Notes: a model not told the origin generated them from the sequence alone. Shown: positions 25,131 through 33,447, numbered from the stretch's first letter. The stretch: DNA of 40,000 nucleotides from Blastococcus sp. CPCC 205250 (GCA_019799925.1 JABGCG010000005.1:128318-168317), one strand, 5' to 3'. Numbers and translations are program-made.

Positions 25131-25918
25131 TGGGCCAGCCCCTTCTTCCAGCCGAAGACGACGTCGTCGACCTTGGCCATGGCCAGGTTGACCGCGACGC
25201 CCAGGACGCCGGCGACGAGCGTGGCCGCGTAGACCAGGTCCAGGTCGGTGGCGTTGGCGGTGTTGGTGAGGATGTAGCCGCCGATGCCGTCGCCGCCGCC
25301 GATGAGCAGCTCGGCGCTCACGGCGACCAGCAGGCCGATCGAGGCGGCGATGCGGACGCCGGTGAAGGCGAACGGCAGTGCGCTCGGGATCTTCACCTTG
25401 CGCAGGACCGCCAGGTCGCTGTTGCCGAAGGTCTTGGCAGTCATGACGGCGGTGGTGTCGGTGCCGCGGACGCCGTACATGGTGTTGAGCAGGATCGGCC
25501 AGATGCACGACAGCGCGACCGTCAGCGCCAGGGGGAGCATCCCTTGGCCGATGAGCAGGACCAGGATCGGCCCGACGGCCACCGAGGGCAGCACGCGGAA
25601 CGCCTCGACGGGCCACTCGAAGGCGACGAAGAGGCTGCGGAAGGCCCCCATCAGGCCGCCGAGCAGGACACCCACGCCGGTGGCGATGGCCAGGCCGAGC
25701 ATCCACTCGCCGAGGGTGAACAGGACGGCGTCCCAGAAGGTCTCGTCCGGTAGCAGGTCACCGACCCCGCTGATGACCCCGCTGGGCAGCGGCAGGCCGG
25801 CGACGTCGAGGAGGCCCGAGCGGATCAGGCCCTCCCAGACGGCCGCGGTGCCGATGACACCCACGACGCCGAGGACGGCCTGCGAGCGACCGCTGAGCGG
25901 CTCGTGCAGGAGTTTCAC
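25127..25918 (-). CDS. ABC transporter permease (BPD_transp_1 type)
   Basis: ORF 25127..26008(-) trimmed to the GTG at 25918, preceded by GGGAGGGAG. Contains TAKTFGNSDLAVLRKVKIPSALP in an EAA-like loop. Confidence 0.85.
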   Translation of the reverse strand: MKLLHEPLSGRSQAVLGVVGVIGTAAVWEGLIRSGLLDVAGLPLPSGVISGVGDLLPDETFWDAVLFTLGEWMLGLAIATGVGVLLGGLMGAFRSLFVAFEWPVEAFRVLPSVAVGPILVLLIGQGMLPLALTVALSCIWPILLNTMYGVRGTDTTAVMTAKTFGNSDLAVLRKVKIPSALPFAFTGVRIAASIGLLVAVSAELLIGGGDGIGGYILTNTANATDLDLVYAATLVAGVLGVAVNLAMAKVDDVVFGWKKGLAQ

Positions 25919-26071
25919 CCGGGATCTCCCTCCCGTGGCCCTCCGCGCCGGAGTGGGGCGGGCCACATCTGTGGGGAGATGGTCGCCGGAATTTCCGCGA
26001 CCCGTCAATAGATGAGCGCAAAGATTCTTGGCAATTAACGGATCCGCAACAGACTGCGTCGCGGGGGTGAC

Positions 26072-27283
26072 TCAGCGCACATCCGGCGTCTCCGCCACGG
26101 GCCTGCGCCCGGCCAGCCCCCATCCGCCGGCGACGGCCAGGGCGCACGCCAGGGCGACCAGTGAGGCCCCCGGCACACCGGCCGCCATGAGCGCTCCGCC
26201 GGCCACCGCCGGGGGCAGCCAGACGGCCGCCGGGATCCGCCGCGCGGGCCGTCCGCGGCGGCGCCGGGCCGCCTCGACCCAGAAGGGGACGGCGATGGGC
26301 GGCCCGATCCCGGCGAGCAGCGACAGCCAGTCCACCAGGCCGCGGTGGAAGCCGAGCAGCCCGAGGACCACGCCGAGGACCGCGATCACCGAGGTGGCCA
26401 CCCGGGGCTGCGCGCCGGTGAACGTCTTCAGCGCCAGGCCGCCGGAGTAGGCCGAGGCGATGGCCGGGGCCAGGACGGCCACGACCACGAGGAGGTCGCC
26501 CACGGGCACGCCTCCCAGCCGCATCGCGGCGACGGCCGCGAGGCTCGCGTCTCCCCCGGTGTCGCCGGACAGCTGCAGCGCCGCCCCCACCAGGACCAGG
26601 CCCAGGGCCGGGACGACCAGCGCCGCGACGCAGGCGAGCAACCCGGACCGGCGGGTCAGGCCGGCGGTGAAGTCCGGCGACCGGAGCATGAAGACCGCCA
26701 CGTAGCCCACGAACGCCCCGAGCAGGACGACGGCGTGGGCGCCGGCGCCCGCCCCGGCGGTGACGGGCGCCCGCACCCGGTCGACGCCGAGCAGCAGCAA
26801 CGGCACGACGAGCAGCGTGAGCGCGGTGGTGCCGACCGCGACCCGGTTCCAGTACCGGACGTCGCTGAGCGCCAGCGCCAGGACCAGCACCCCCAGCGCG
26901 AGGACGCAGACCGGCGCCGGAACCCCGGCGACCCGGCCGAGCGACTCCCCGCCGATGCCGACGCTGAATCCGACCCAGCCCACCATCCCGGCGGCGATCA
27001 GCAGCCCCACGGCCGCCCGGGCCGGCGCGGACAGGTAGCCGCGGCTGAGCTCGGCGAAGGTCTGCCCGTGTCCCGTCGGCGGACGCAGGCCGAGCCGGCC
27101 GTGGAGCAGCAGCAGCGCCGTCATCAGGCCGACCGCGGGCACCAGCCAGACGAGGGGCAGCGGGCCGCCCTCCTCGGCCAGCTGGGCACCGAGGACCAGC
27201 GCGCCCGGCGAGCTGCCGATGGCCAGCCACGCGCCGGCGTACCGCGTCCACCGGACCGGCGGGGCGGAGTCGGCGGGGACCAC
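26072..27283 (-). CDS. Polytopic permease, probably NCS1 (purine-cytosine permease-like) family
   Basis: 403 aa with about 12 hydrophobic segments. Size and sequence style resemble actinobacterial cytosine/purine permease-like proteins. The family call is tentative without a search. Confidence 0.6.
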   Translation of the reverse strand: MVPADSAPPVRWTRYAGAWLAIGSSPGALVLGAQLAEEGGPLPLVWLVPAVGLMTALLLLHGRLGLRPPTGHGQTFAELSRGYLSAPARAAVGLLIAAGMVGWVGFSVGIGGESLGRVAGVPAPVCVLALGVLVLALALSDVRYWNRVAVGTTALTLLVVPLLLLGVDRVRAPVTAGAGAGAHAVVLLGAFVGYVAVFMLRSPDFTAGLTRRSGLLACVAALVVPALGLVLVGAALQLSGDTGGDASLAAVAAMRLGGVPVGDLLVVVAVLAPAIASAYSGGLALKTFTGAQPRVATSVIAVLGVVLGLLGFHRGLVDWLSLLAGIGPPIAVPFWVEAARRRRGRPARRIPAAVWLPPAVAGGALMAAGVPGASLVALACALAVAGGWGLAGRRPVAETPDVR

Positions 27284-27305
27284 GGCGACAGTCTCAGCGC
27301 TCAGT

Positions 27306-27321
27306 GTCTTGGCGGCAAGAC
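27306..27321. promoter_or_regulatory. 16-bp palindrome GTCTTGGCGGCAAGAC (candidate operator, site A)
   Basis: Perfect 6-4-6 inverted repeat, located 23 nt upstream of the permease ATG (27283) and downstream of the monooxygenase stop (27342). Near-identical to site B at 28547-28562. Confidence 0.4.
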
Positions 27322-27341
27322 TCTGTCGCGGACGACGGCGG

Positions 27342-28472
27342 TCAGCCGAGCGGCACGGTCCAGGCGTCGTAGGCGTAGACCCAGTCGGCGTTGCCCGCGG
27401 TGCGCAGCCAGTCGTTGCCGCGGGACCCGATCTGCACGTCCGCCGTCCGCGGGCGGCGCGCCTCCTCGTAGACCCGCAGCGCCGCTGCCGCGTCCCCGGG
27501 CTCGTGCGCAGCCAGTGCGCGGGCCAGCACGACGGCGTCCTCGATCGCCATCCCGGCGCCCTGCGCCATGAACGGCATCATCGGGTGGCAGGCGTCGCCG
27601 AGCAGCGTCCGCGTGCCGACCGACCAGCGCGGGAGGGGGTCGCGGACGTAGAGGGCGGACTTCAGGACCGAGTCGCAGGCGTCGAGCAGCGCGCGGGCGT
27701 CGGGGTGGAAGCCGGCGTAGGCCCGGCGCAGCTCCGCGACGTCCCCCGGGGCGGTCCACGACTCCTCGCGCCACGAGTCCTGCGGGCGGGTCGCGAAGAC
27801 GAAGACGTCCTCGCCGCGGTTGAGCGGGAAGGTGACGATCTGGGTGGCCGGGTCCGGGCCCCACCACTTGGTGAAGGCGCCGAGGTCGGGCACGTCCAGC
27901 CGCTCGGCCGGGACGACGGCGCGGTAGGCGACGACCCCGGTGAACTCCGGCTGCTCGGGGCCGAACAGCGCCTCGCGGACGACGGAGTGGATGCCGTCGG
28001 CGCCGACCAGGACGTCGACCGTGGCGGAACCGCCGTCGGCGAACTCGAGCACGGTCCGGCCGCCGTCCTCGCGCACCGCCGACAGGGTGCAGCCCAGCCG
28101 GAGGACGCCCTCGGGCAGCGCCGGCACGAGCGCGTCGAGCAGGTCGGCGCGGTGGATCGTCAGCTGCGGGGAGCCGTAGCGCTGCTCGGCGACGTCGCCC
28201 ATCTCCAGCCGCGAGGTCTCCGCGCCGGTGTCCCAGGTGCGGCTGATCCGGTGCGTGGGCCGGGCCGCCGTCCGGCGCAGCCCCTCCCCCACCCCCAGCC
28301 CGTCGAGGGCCACGACGGCGTTGGGCGTGAGGTTGATGTCCGCCCCGACCCGGCCCAGGCGCGCCGCCTGCTCGAAGACGACGACCTCCCGGCCGAGCTC
28401 CCGCAGGGCGATGGCCGCGGCCATCCCGCCCACGCCGCCACCGACGATCCCGACGACCTGCTGCTGGCTCAC
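27342..28472 (-). CDS. FAD-dependent aromatic-ring monooxygenase (group A flavoprotein hydroxylase, salicylate/3-hydroxybenzoate/urate hydroxylase-like)
   Basis: ORF 27342..29072(-) trimmed to the GTG at 28472, preceded by GGGAGGG. Motifs: GxGxxG as IVGGGVGGMAAA, GADGIHSVVR, and GDACHPMMPFMAQGAGMAIEDA. Confidence 0.85.
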   Translation of the reverse strand: MSQQQVVGIVGGGVGGMAAAIALRELGREVVVFEQAARLGRVGADINLTPNAVVALDGLGVGEGLRRTAARPTHRISRTWDTGAETSRLEMGDVAEQRYGSPQLTIHRADLLDALVPALPEGVLRLGCTLSAVREDGGRTVLEFADGGSATVDVLVGADGIHSVVREALFGPEQPEFTGVVAYRAVVPAERLDVPDLGAFTKWWGPDPATQIVTFPLNRGEDVFVFATRPQDSWREESWTAPGDVAELRRAYAGFHPDARALLDACDSVLKSALYVRDPLPRWSVGTRTLLGDACHPMMPFMAQGAGMAIEDAVVLARALAAHEPGDAAAALRVYEEARRPRTADVQIGSRGNDWLRTAGNADWVYAYDAWTVPLG

Positions 28473-28516
28473 GGGCCCTCCCGCCGCTCCTCGCGAGCGG
28501 GGTCGCCGGCGAGATG

Positions 28517-28530
28517 TGTAAGTTCTTACA
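28517..28530. promoter_or_regulatory. 14-bp AT-rich palindrome TGTAAGTTCTTACA (candidate MarR-type operator)
   Basis: Perfect 6-2-6 inverted repeat in the divergent monooxygenase/MarR intergenic region. Confidence 0.4.
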
Positions 28531-28546
28531 TTGTTAGCGCCAGGAT

Positions 28547-28562
28547 GTCTTGGTGGCAAGAC
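28547..28562. promoter_or_regulatory. 16-bp palindrome GTCTTGGTGGCAAGAC (candidate operator, site B)
   Basis: Perfect 6-4-6 inverted repeat that differs from site A (27306-27321) at one central base. It overlaps the first ATG (28545) of the longest MarR reading frame. Confidence 0.4.
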
Positions 28563-28589
28563 GTCGGCGCCGGACACCCGGGAGGTGCC

Positions 28590-29096
28590 GTGGACGGGGA
28601 GCCCGACGAGGTCGACGCGGTCGTCGCGAGCTGGACGGCGGCCCGGCCGGACGTCGACCCCGCGAGCATCGGCGTCTTCGGCCGCGTCGCCCGGCTGGAC
28701 CTGATGCGGCGGGCCGCCGTCCGCCGCCTGCACGAGGAGCACGGCATCACCACGGCGGCGTTCGACCTGCTGTCCCAGCTGCGGCGCGCCGGCGCCCCGT
28801 ACCGGCGCACGACCGGGGAGCTGGCCGAGGCCACGCTGCTCACCTCCGCCGCCACGACCCTGCGGATCGACCGGCTCGAGGCCGAGGGCCTGGTGCGCCG
28901 CGTGCGCTCGGCGGAGGACCGGCGGGTGGTCTCGGCCGAGCTCACGCCCGCCGGCCTGGCCCGGATCGACGCCGTCTACGAGGAGCACATCGCCCTGGAG
29001 GACCGGCTGCTCGCGGGCCTGGACGCCGGCGAGCGCGCGCAGCTGGCGGACCTGCTGCGCGCGCTCACCCACTCCGTCAGCGGAGTCGTCCCCTAG
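28590..29096 (+). CDS. MarR family transcriptional regulator
   Basis: Tail of ORF 27219..29096(+): FDLLSQLRRAGAPYRRTTGELAEATLLTSAATTLRIDRLEAEGLVRRVRSAEDRRVVSAELTPAGL. Preferred start is the GTG at 28590, preceded by GGGAGG. The in-frame ATG at 28545 is the alternative but sits inside palindrome site B. Confidence 0.8.
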   Translation: MDGEPDEVDAVVASWTAARPDVDPASIGVFGRVARLDLMRRAAVRRLHEEHGITTAAFDLLSQLRRAGAPYRRTTGELAEATLLTSAATTLRIDRLEAEGLVRRVRSAEDRRVVSAELTPAGLARIDAVYEEHIALEDRLLAGLDAGERAQLADLLRALTHSVSGVVP

Positions 29097-29105
29097 CGGC
29101 CCCCG

Positions 29106-31334
29106 TCACCGGGCGGCCCCCACGGGCACCTCCGGCTCGGCCGCGCGCGGCGCCGGGACGGCGACCGGGGCGGCGTCGGAGTGGCGCAGCTCCGGCAGCC
29201 AGCGCAGCCACCGCGGCAGGTACCAGTTGGCGTCGCCGAGCAGCTGCATGACCGCCGGCACGAGCACCGCCCGGACGACCGTGGCGTCGAGCAGCACCGC
29301 GATCGCCAGGCCCAGGCCGATCTGCTTCATCGACGTCATCGACAACGTGACGAAGGTCAGGAAGACGAAGACCATGATCACCGCGGCGCTGGTCACCGTC
29401 CCGGCCGAGGACGTGATGCCCCGGGCGACCGCGGTCCGGGTCGGCAGCCCACGGTCGTGACCCTCGCGGATCCGCCCGAGGATGAAGACGTGGTAGTCCA
29501 TCGACAGGCCGAACAGGATCACGAAGAGGAACAGCGGGATCCAGTTCACGATGCCGTCGGTGCGCTCCAGGCCGATCAGGTCGGCGCCCACGCCCTCCTG
29601 GAAGACCAGCACCATCGCGCCGTAGGCAGCCGCGACGCTCAGCAGGTTGAGCACGATCGCGGTGACGGCGATGGTCACCGAGCGGAACGAGACCAGCAGC
29701 AGCACGAACGCCAGCACGAGGACGAAGGCGAACACCCACGGCGTCCGCTCGGCCATGAGCTCGTCGAAGGCCACCGAGTCGGCGGTGTCGCCGCTGACCA
29801 CGGCCGTGACGCCGTCGACCGCGCCGACCGTGGCGGGCACCAGGTCGTCCTCGAGCGTGGCCAGCGCATCGCGTGAGGCCTGCTCCTCGCCGTCGCCCTG
29901 CAGCGGCACGCTGACCACGGCCACGGTGCCGGCGTCGTTGGTCTCGACGTCGATCGGGTCGTTCATCTGCCCGCTGGCCAGGGCGCGCTCGCGCAGGTCG
30001 GCGATGGCGGCCTGCACCTCGGGGGCCTGGACGTCCGGCGCCTCGACGACCACCTCGGCCGGCGACGGGCCGCCGGGGAAGGCCGCGCTGATCCGGTTGT
30101 AGGTCTGGATGACCGGGAGGTCCTGCGGCAGGTCGTTGACGCTCTCGTTGCGCAGGTCCATCGACAGCGCCGGGACGGCGAGGGCGACCAGCGCCGCCCC
30201 GGCGAGCAGGCCGGCGACGAGCGGACGGCGCAGCACCACACCCAGCACCGCCGGCCAGACCCGGCCCGGCCGGTCCTCCGCCCGGCGGCGCAGGAACGGC
30301 ACCCGGCCCTTCTCCACCCGGTCGCCGAGCCACGCCATCATCGCGGGCAGGACCGTCAGCGAGCCGGCCACCGAGATGGCGACGACGAGGATGGTCGCCG
30401 AGGCGACGCCGGTGAAGGCGGAGAAGCCGGTGAGGAACATGCCGGCCATCGCGACGACGACGGTGATGCCGGAGATCAGCACCGACCGGCCGGAGGTGGC
30501 GGCGGCGATGTCGAGGGCGTCGACCGGCCCGGCACCCTTGGCGCGCTCCTCCCGCTCCCGCTTGAGGTAGAAGAGCGAGTAGTCGACACCGACGGCCAGG
30601 CCGATGAGCAGCATGACGATCTGCGCGCTCTGGTCGACGTGCCAGATCTGGCTGGTCAGGCTGAGCATCCCGAGCGCGCCGACGAACGCGGTCAGCGCGA
30701 ACACCAGCGGCAGCACGGCCGCCACCAGCGCCCCGAACGTCAGCAGCAGGACCGCGAGGGTGATCGGGATCGACAGCAGCTCGGCGCGCTGGAAGTCCTC
30801 GTCGAGGGTGTCGCCGAGGGCGAGGTCGGCGCTGGTGCCGCCGAACTGCTCGACGCGGACGCCGTCGTGGTCGTCGGCCACCGCCGCCACGGCGTCCTGG
30901 ATCGGCGCGAGGCGCTCGTCGGCGGTCTCGGGGTCGCCGGCGATGTCGAGGGTGACCAGGGCGGACCGCCCGTCCTCGGAGACCAGCGGGGCGCCGTCGA
31001 GCGGGCTGACGACGTTCGCCGCCTCGGGGGTCGCCCGGAGCGCGGCCACGAGGTCGGTGAGGGCGGCGGTGGCGGCGGCCTCGGGGACGTCGGCGTCCCG
31101 CTGCACCAGGACCATCTCCGAGGCCGGCTCCTCCCAGCCGTTGTCGTCGAGGATCTGCCGCGCCTGGGCAGGGGCGCCGAGGCTCTGCTCCGCCCCGGTC
31201 AGCTCGCCCTGCGGCACGAGCGCACTCACGGCCAGGGCGGCCAGCACGAAGGCCAGCCACCCCAGCACCGCCGCCCTGCGGTGGCGGGCGCTCCACCGGC
31301 CGATCCGGCCGGCCAGGTTGCCGGTTCGCTGCAT
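29106..31334 (-). CDS. MMPL-family (RND superfamily) membrane transporter
   Basis: 742 aa. Two repeats, each with one TM helix, a soluble loop and five TM helices. MMPL-type motifs GVDYSLFYLKRERE and GLSMDYHVFILGRIRE. Confidence 0.9.
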   Translation of the reverse strand: MQRTGNLAGRIGRWSARHRRAAVLGWLAFVLAALAVSALVPQGELTGAEQSLGAPAQARQILDDNGWEEPASEMVLVQRDADVPEAAATAALTDLVAALRATPEAANVVSPLDGAPLVSEDGRSALVTLDIAGDPETADERLAPIQDAVAAVADDHDGVRVEQFGGTSADLALGDTLDEDFQRAELLSIPITLAVLLLTFGALVAAVLPLVFALTAFVGALGMLSLTSQIWHVDQSAQIVMLLIGLAVGVDYSLFYLKREREERAKGAGPVDALDIAAATSGRSVLISGITVVVAMAGMFLTGFSAFTGVASATILVVAISVAGSLTVLPAMMAWLGDRVEKGRVPFLRRRAEDRPGRVWPAVLGVVLRRPLVAGLLAGAALVALAVPALSMDLRNESVNDLPQDLPVIQTYNRISAAFPGGPSPAEVVVEAPDVQAPEVQAAIADLRERALASGQMNDPIDVETNDAGTVAVVSVPLQGDGEEQASRDALATLEDDLVPATVGAVDGVTAVVSGDTADSVAFDELMAERTPWVFAFVLVLAFVLLLVSFRSVTIAVTAIVLNLLSVAAAYGAMVLVFQEGVGADLIGLERTDGIVNWIPLFLFVILFGLSMDYHVFILGRIREGHDRGLPTRTAVARGITSSAGTVTSAAVIMVFVFLTFVTLSMTSMKQIGLGLAIAVLLDATVVRAVLVPAVMQLLGDANWYLPRWLRWLPELRHSDAAPVAVPAPRAAEPEVPVGAAR

Positions 31335-31564
31335 GGTCGATCTCCTGTCTGGGGTGCGGATGTCCGCCGCCGAATCTGCTGCTCAGACGCGCGCGGACCC
31401 ATCCCGCCAGCTGGTGGAGGAGGTGTCGGGCCAGCCCGACAGGGCCGGCCGCGCGTCGCAGCAGAGCCTCTCGGCGGGCGCGGCCGGCGCCCATCGGGGA
31501 GGACCCCCATCCGCCCCCGGTCCCGGGCGGTCGGCGAGTCCGGGAGGTCCCGGGACCGGGTCGG

Positions 31565-31753
31565 TCAGTCGACCCGCCGGTGGCTGCCCGGCCAGGTGCC
31601 GCGGCAGGTCCAGTCGCTGCGCTCGAAGAGGACCGGGTCGACGCCGGGCCGGGACACGCGCACGTGGCGCTGCCGGCCGGACAGGCCGCAGCTGCACCAG
31701 CCGACCCGGTCCCGCGCGACCTCGTGACGGGTGAGTCGTCGGTCGTCGGCCAT
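31565..31753 (-). CDS. Hypothetical 62-aa Cys/Trp/Arg-rich protein
   Basis: ORF track entry. By hand count, 58 of 61 codons end in G or C, far higher than the antisense frame. No recognisable family and only a weak RBS. Confidence 0.4.
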   Translation of the reverse strand: MADDRRLTRHEVARDRVGWCSCGLSGRQRHVRVSRPGVDPVLFERSDWTCRGTWPGSHRRVD

Positions 31754-31847
31754 GCGCGCTTGGTGTCCCCGGAGCGAGGCCGGGGGAACGTACTGCGACG
31801 CGCATCACAGTCGTGCTGTCCGCGCTGGTGGGAGGGCCGGGAGACGA

Positions 31848-31885
31848 ATCTGCCGCGCAGCCCCCGTCGGGGCTGCGCGGCAGAT
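31848..31885 (-). terminator. Strong hairpin downstream of tRNA-Arg (candidate intrinsic terminator)
   Basis: Perfect 17-bp stem ATCTGCCGCGCAGCCCC / GGGGCTGCGCGGCAGAT with a 4-nt loop. It lies 19 nt past the tRNA 3' end. There is no U-tract, which is common in high-GC actinobacteria. Confidence 0.6.
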
Positions 31886-31903
31886 CGGTGTCTCAACCAG
31901 ACG

Positions 31904-31976
31904 TGCACCCGAAGGGACTCGAACCCCTAACCTTCTGATCCGTAGTCAGATGCTCTATCCGTTGAGCTACGGGTGC
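31904..31976 (-). tRNA. tRNA-Arg (anticodon ACG)
   Basis: The reverse complement folds as a cloverleaf. Acceptor stem GCACCCG/CGGGTGC. D-arm GCTC-AACGGATA-GAGC. Anticodon arm TCTGA-CTACGGA-TCAGA. T-arm AGGGG-TTCGAGT-CCCTT. No encoded CCA. Confidence 0.93.
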
Positions 31977-31996
31977 CTGTGTTCAGTTGTGGTGCG

Positions 31997-32085
31997 CGGA
32001 GGCTCCGGGATTTGAACCCGGGATGGGGATTAACCCAAACCGCATTAGCAGTGCGGCGCCATAGACCGGACTAGGCGAAGCCTCC
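31997..32085 (-). tRNA. tRNA-Ser (anticodon GCU), long variable arm
   Basis: The reverse complement has acceptor stem GGAGGCT/AGCCTCC, anticodon arm CCGCA-CTGCTAA-TGCGG, a long variable arm, and T-arm CCGGG-TTCAAAT-CCCGG. Confidence 0.93.
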
Positions 32086-32178
32086 CGGGGTCCGAGTCCC
32101 CTCGGAACCACCGCGGAGGAGACTACCAGCGACCGCGGCGCCCCCGACCCGGGGGTCCGGGCCGGGAGGCGCCCCGGG

Positions 32179-33384
32179 TCAGGCGGCCAGCGGCTCGCGG
32201 ACGGCCTCGGGGACGACGACGCCCCGGCCGGGGACGAGCGTCACGGCCACGGCGACCGCGGCGCCGGCGACCGCGAGCAGCAGTGCGCCCGGTACGCCGG
32301 ACGGGCCCTCGATCAGGGCACCGCCCAGCGCGGCCCCGACCGCGGAGGCGCCCACGGTGACCGTCGACAGCCAGGTGAACGCCTCGGTCGTGGCCCGGGG
32401 CGGCGCGATGGAGCCGACCAGGGAGTTCTGCACGGTGAGCGTCGGGGCGATGACGGAGCCGCCGAGGAACAGCAGGAGGCCGAGCACCCACGGGCTGGAC
32501 ACCGCGGCGAGCGGGGCCATGCCGATGGTCGTGCCGAGCAGCAGCCAGCGGTACTGCCGGGGCAGCGAGGCGCTCAGCACGCGGGCGCCGAACCACAGCC
32601 CGCCGATCACCGAGCCCAGCGACCAGACGGCCAGCAGGACCCCGGACATCCCGGGCGAGCCCGCCTCGTCGGCGAAGGCGGGGACGGCGACCTCGAGGGC
32701 CCCGAAGCCGAGCATCAGCGCCGCGCCGCTGACCAGCACCCGCGGCATGCCGGGCGAGCGGACCGTGGAGAGCACGCCGGTGCGGGCCGGACCGGCGGGC
32801 ACCCAGTCCCGCATCGCCCGCGAGGTCGCCACCGCGACGGCGCCGAGGACCGCGAGCACGCCCGCCGTCCCCACGGCGACCGCCGGAGCGACGAGGAACG
32901 CGAGGGCCGCCACCAGCGCGGGGCCGACGACGAACACGAGCTCCGTCGTGGTCGCGTCCAGCGCGTACGCGGCCGGCCGCACGCGCGGGTCGGCCTTGGA
33001 CCACAGTGCCCGCACGATGCCGCTCACCAGCGGGGTGGCGACGCCGGCGGCCGCGGAGGCGGCGACGATGGCCGCCGCCGGCGCACCGGCCAGGACGACG
33101 GCGACCAGCACCGCGAGCAGCAGCGGGTAGGCCGCCGCCTGGGCCAGCAGCACCGGCTGCGGCGAGCGACGGTCGGCCAGCCGCCCGAGCACCGGCGCCA
33201 TGAGGGCCATGGCGATGCCGAGGGTCGCCGACGCCAGCCCGGCCACCGCGTAGGAGCCGGTCTGCTGCTGCACCATGAGCAGCAGCGCCAGCGGCACCAT
33301 GGCCGAGGGCAGTCGACCGGCGAAGCCGCCGATCAGCAAGGTGGGGGCGGAGGGGGACCGCCAGACGGAGAGGTACGCGCGCAC
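32179..33384 (-). CDS. MFS transporter
   Basis: ORF 32179..33783(-) trimmed to the GTG at 33384, because the longer version overlaps the divergent gene. About 12 TM segments. MFS loop motif GRLADRRSP. Confidence 0.8.
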   Translation of the reverse strand: MRAYLSVWRSPSAPTLLIGGFAGRLPSAMVPLALLLMVQQQTGSYAVAGLASATLGIAMALMAPVLGRLADRRSPQPVLLAQAAAYPLLLAVLVAVVLAGAPAAAIVAASAAAGVATPLVSGIVRALWSKADPRVRPAAYALDATTTELVFVVGPALVAALAFLVAPAVAVGTAGVLAVLGAVAVATSRAMRDWVPAGPARTGVLSTVRSPGMPRVLVSGAALMLGFGALEVAVPAFADEAGSPGMSGVLLAVWSLGSVIGGLWFGARVLSASLPRQYRWLLLGTTIGMAPLAAVSSPWVLGLLLFLGGSVIAPTLTVQNSLVGSIAPPRATTEAFTWLSTVTVGASAVGAALGGALIEGPSGVPGALLLAVAGAAVAVAVTLVPGRGVVVPEAVREPLAA

Positions 33385-33415
33385 GGTGGAACTCGTCTCA
33401 GCATTGCGGGGAATG

Positions 33416-33447
33416 TGTAGGCGGTCATCAACCGTTGACCACCTACA
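33416..33447. promoter_or_regulatory. Inverted repeat in the divergent MFS/CGNR intergenic region (candidate operator)
   Basis: TGTAGGCGGTCA-n8-TGACCACCTACA: 12-bp arms with 1 mismatch. It sits in the 96-nt spacer between the two start codons. Confidence 0.4.

Noticed and set aside
25919-26110. Possible TPP riboswitch upstream of the ABC importer. The idea came from the NMT1/THI5-like SBP, the NCS1-like permease, and the fragments GCTGAGTCACCCC and GGATCCGTTAATTGCC on the minus strand.
   Set aside because: CTGAG and ACCC are directly adjacent, with no P3 stem between them. The ACCUGAUCUGGAUAAUGCCAGCG-type pyrophosphate-sensor helix is only loosely matched. The region is also short and partly inside the upstream CDS. 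It is not supportable without a covariance-model hit.
27307-27313. Recurrence of the half-site TCTTGGC/GCCAAGA at 27307, 9428 (reverse complement) and 26026, as evidence for one regulon spanning three loci.
   Set aside because: A rough calculation assuming about 73% GC predicts roughly 3-4 chance occurrences of this 7-mer on both strands of 40 kb, so the 7-mer alone is not significant. Only the full 16-bp palindromes (sites A and B) were kept as a finding.
28545-28589. ATG at 28545 as the MarR start codon (the longest ORF).
   Set aside because: It lies inside a perfect 16-bp palindrome that is duplicated in a clearly non-coding position (27306-27321), and it has only AGG as an upstream RBS. 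The GTG at 28590 follows GGGAGG. The ATG is kept as an alternative and is not excluded.
31335-31564. A possible small gene or MmpS-like partner in the 230-nt stretch upstream of the MMPL gene (ORFs 31383..31808(-) and 31226..31510(-)).
   Set aside because: The translations are Arg/Pro/Gly-rich, have no hydrophobic helix expected of an MmpS-like protein, and overlap the better-supported 31565..31753 ORF out of frame. The stretch is treated as an untranslated leader.
31754-32178. tRNA-Arg/tRNA-Ser pair as an integration site for a genomic island.
   Set aside because: I found no integrase, excisionase or transposase gene on either side in this window. I also did not spot a direct repeat of either tRNA 3' end. 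Apart from the compositional dip at 35990-36420, the flanking genes have normal high-GC composition.
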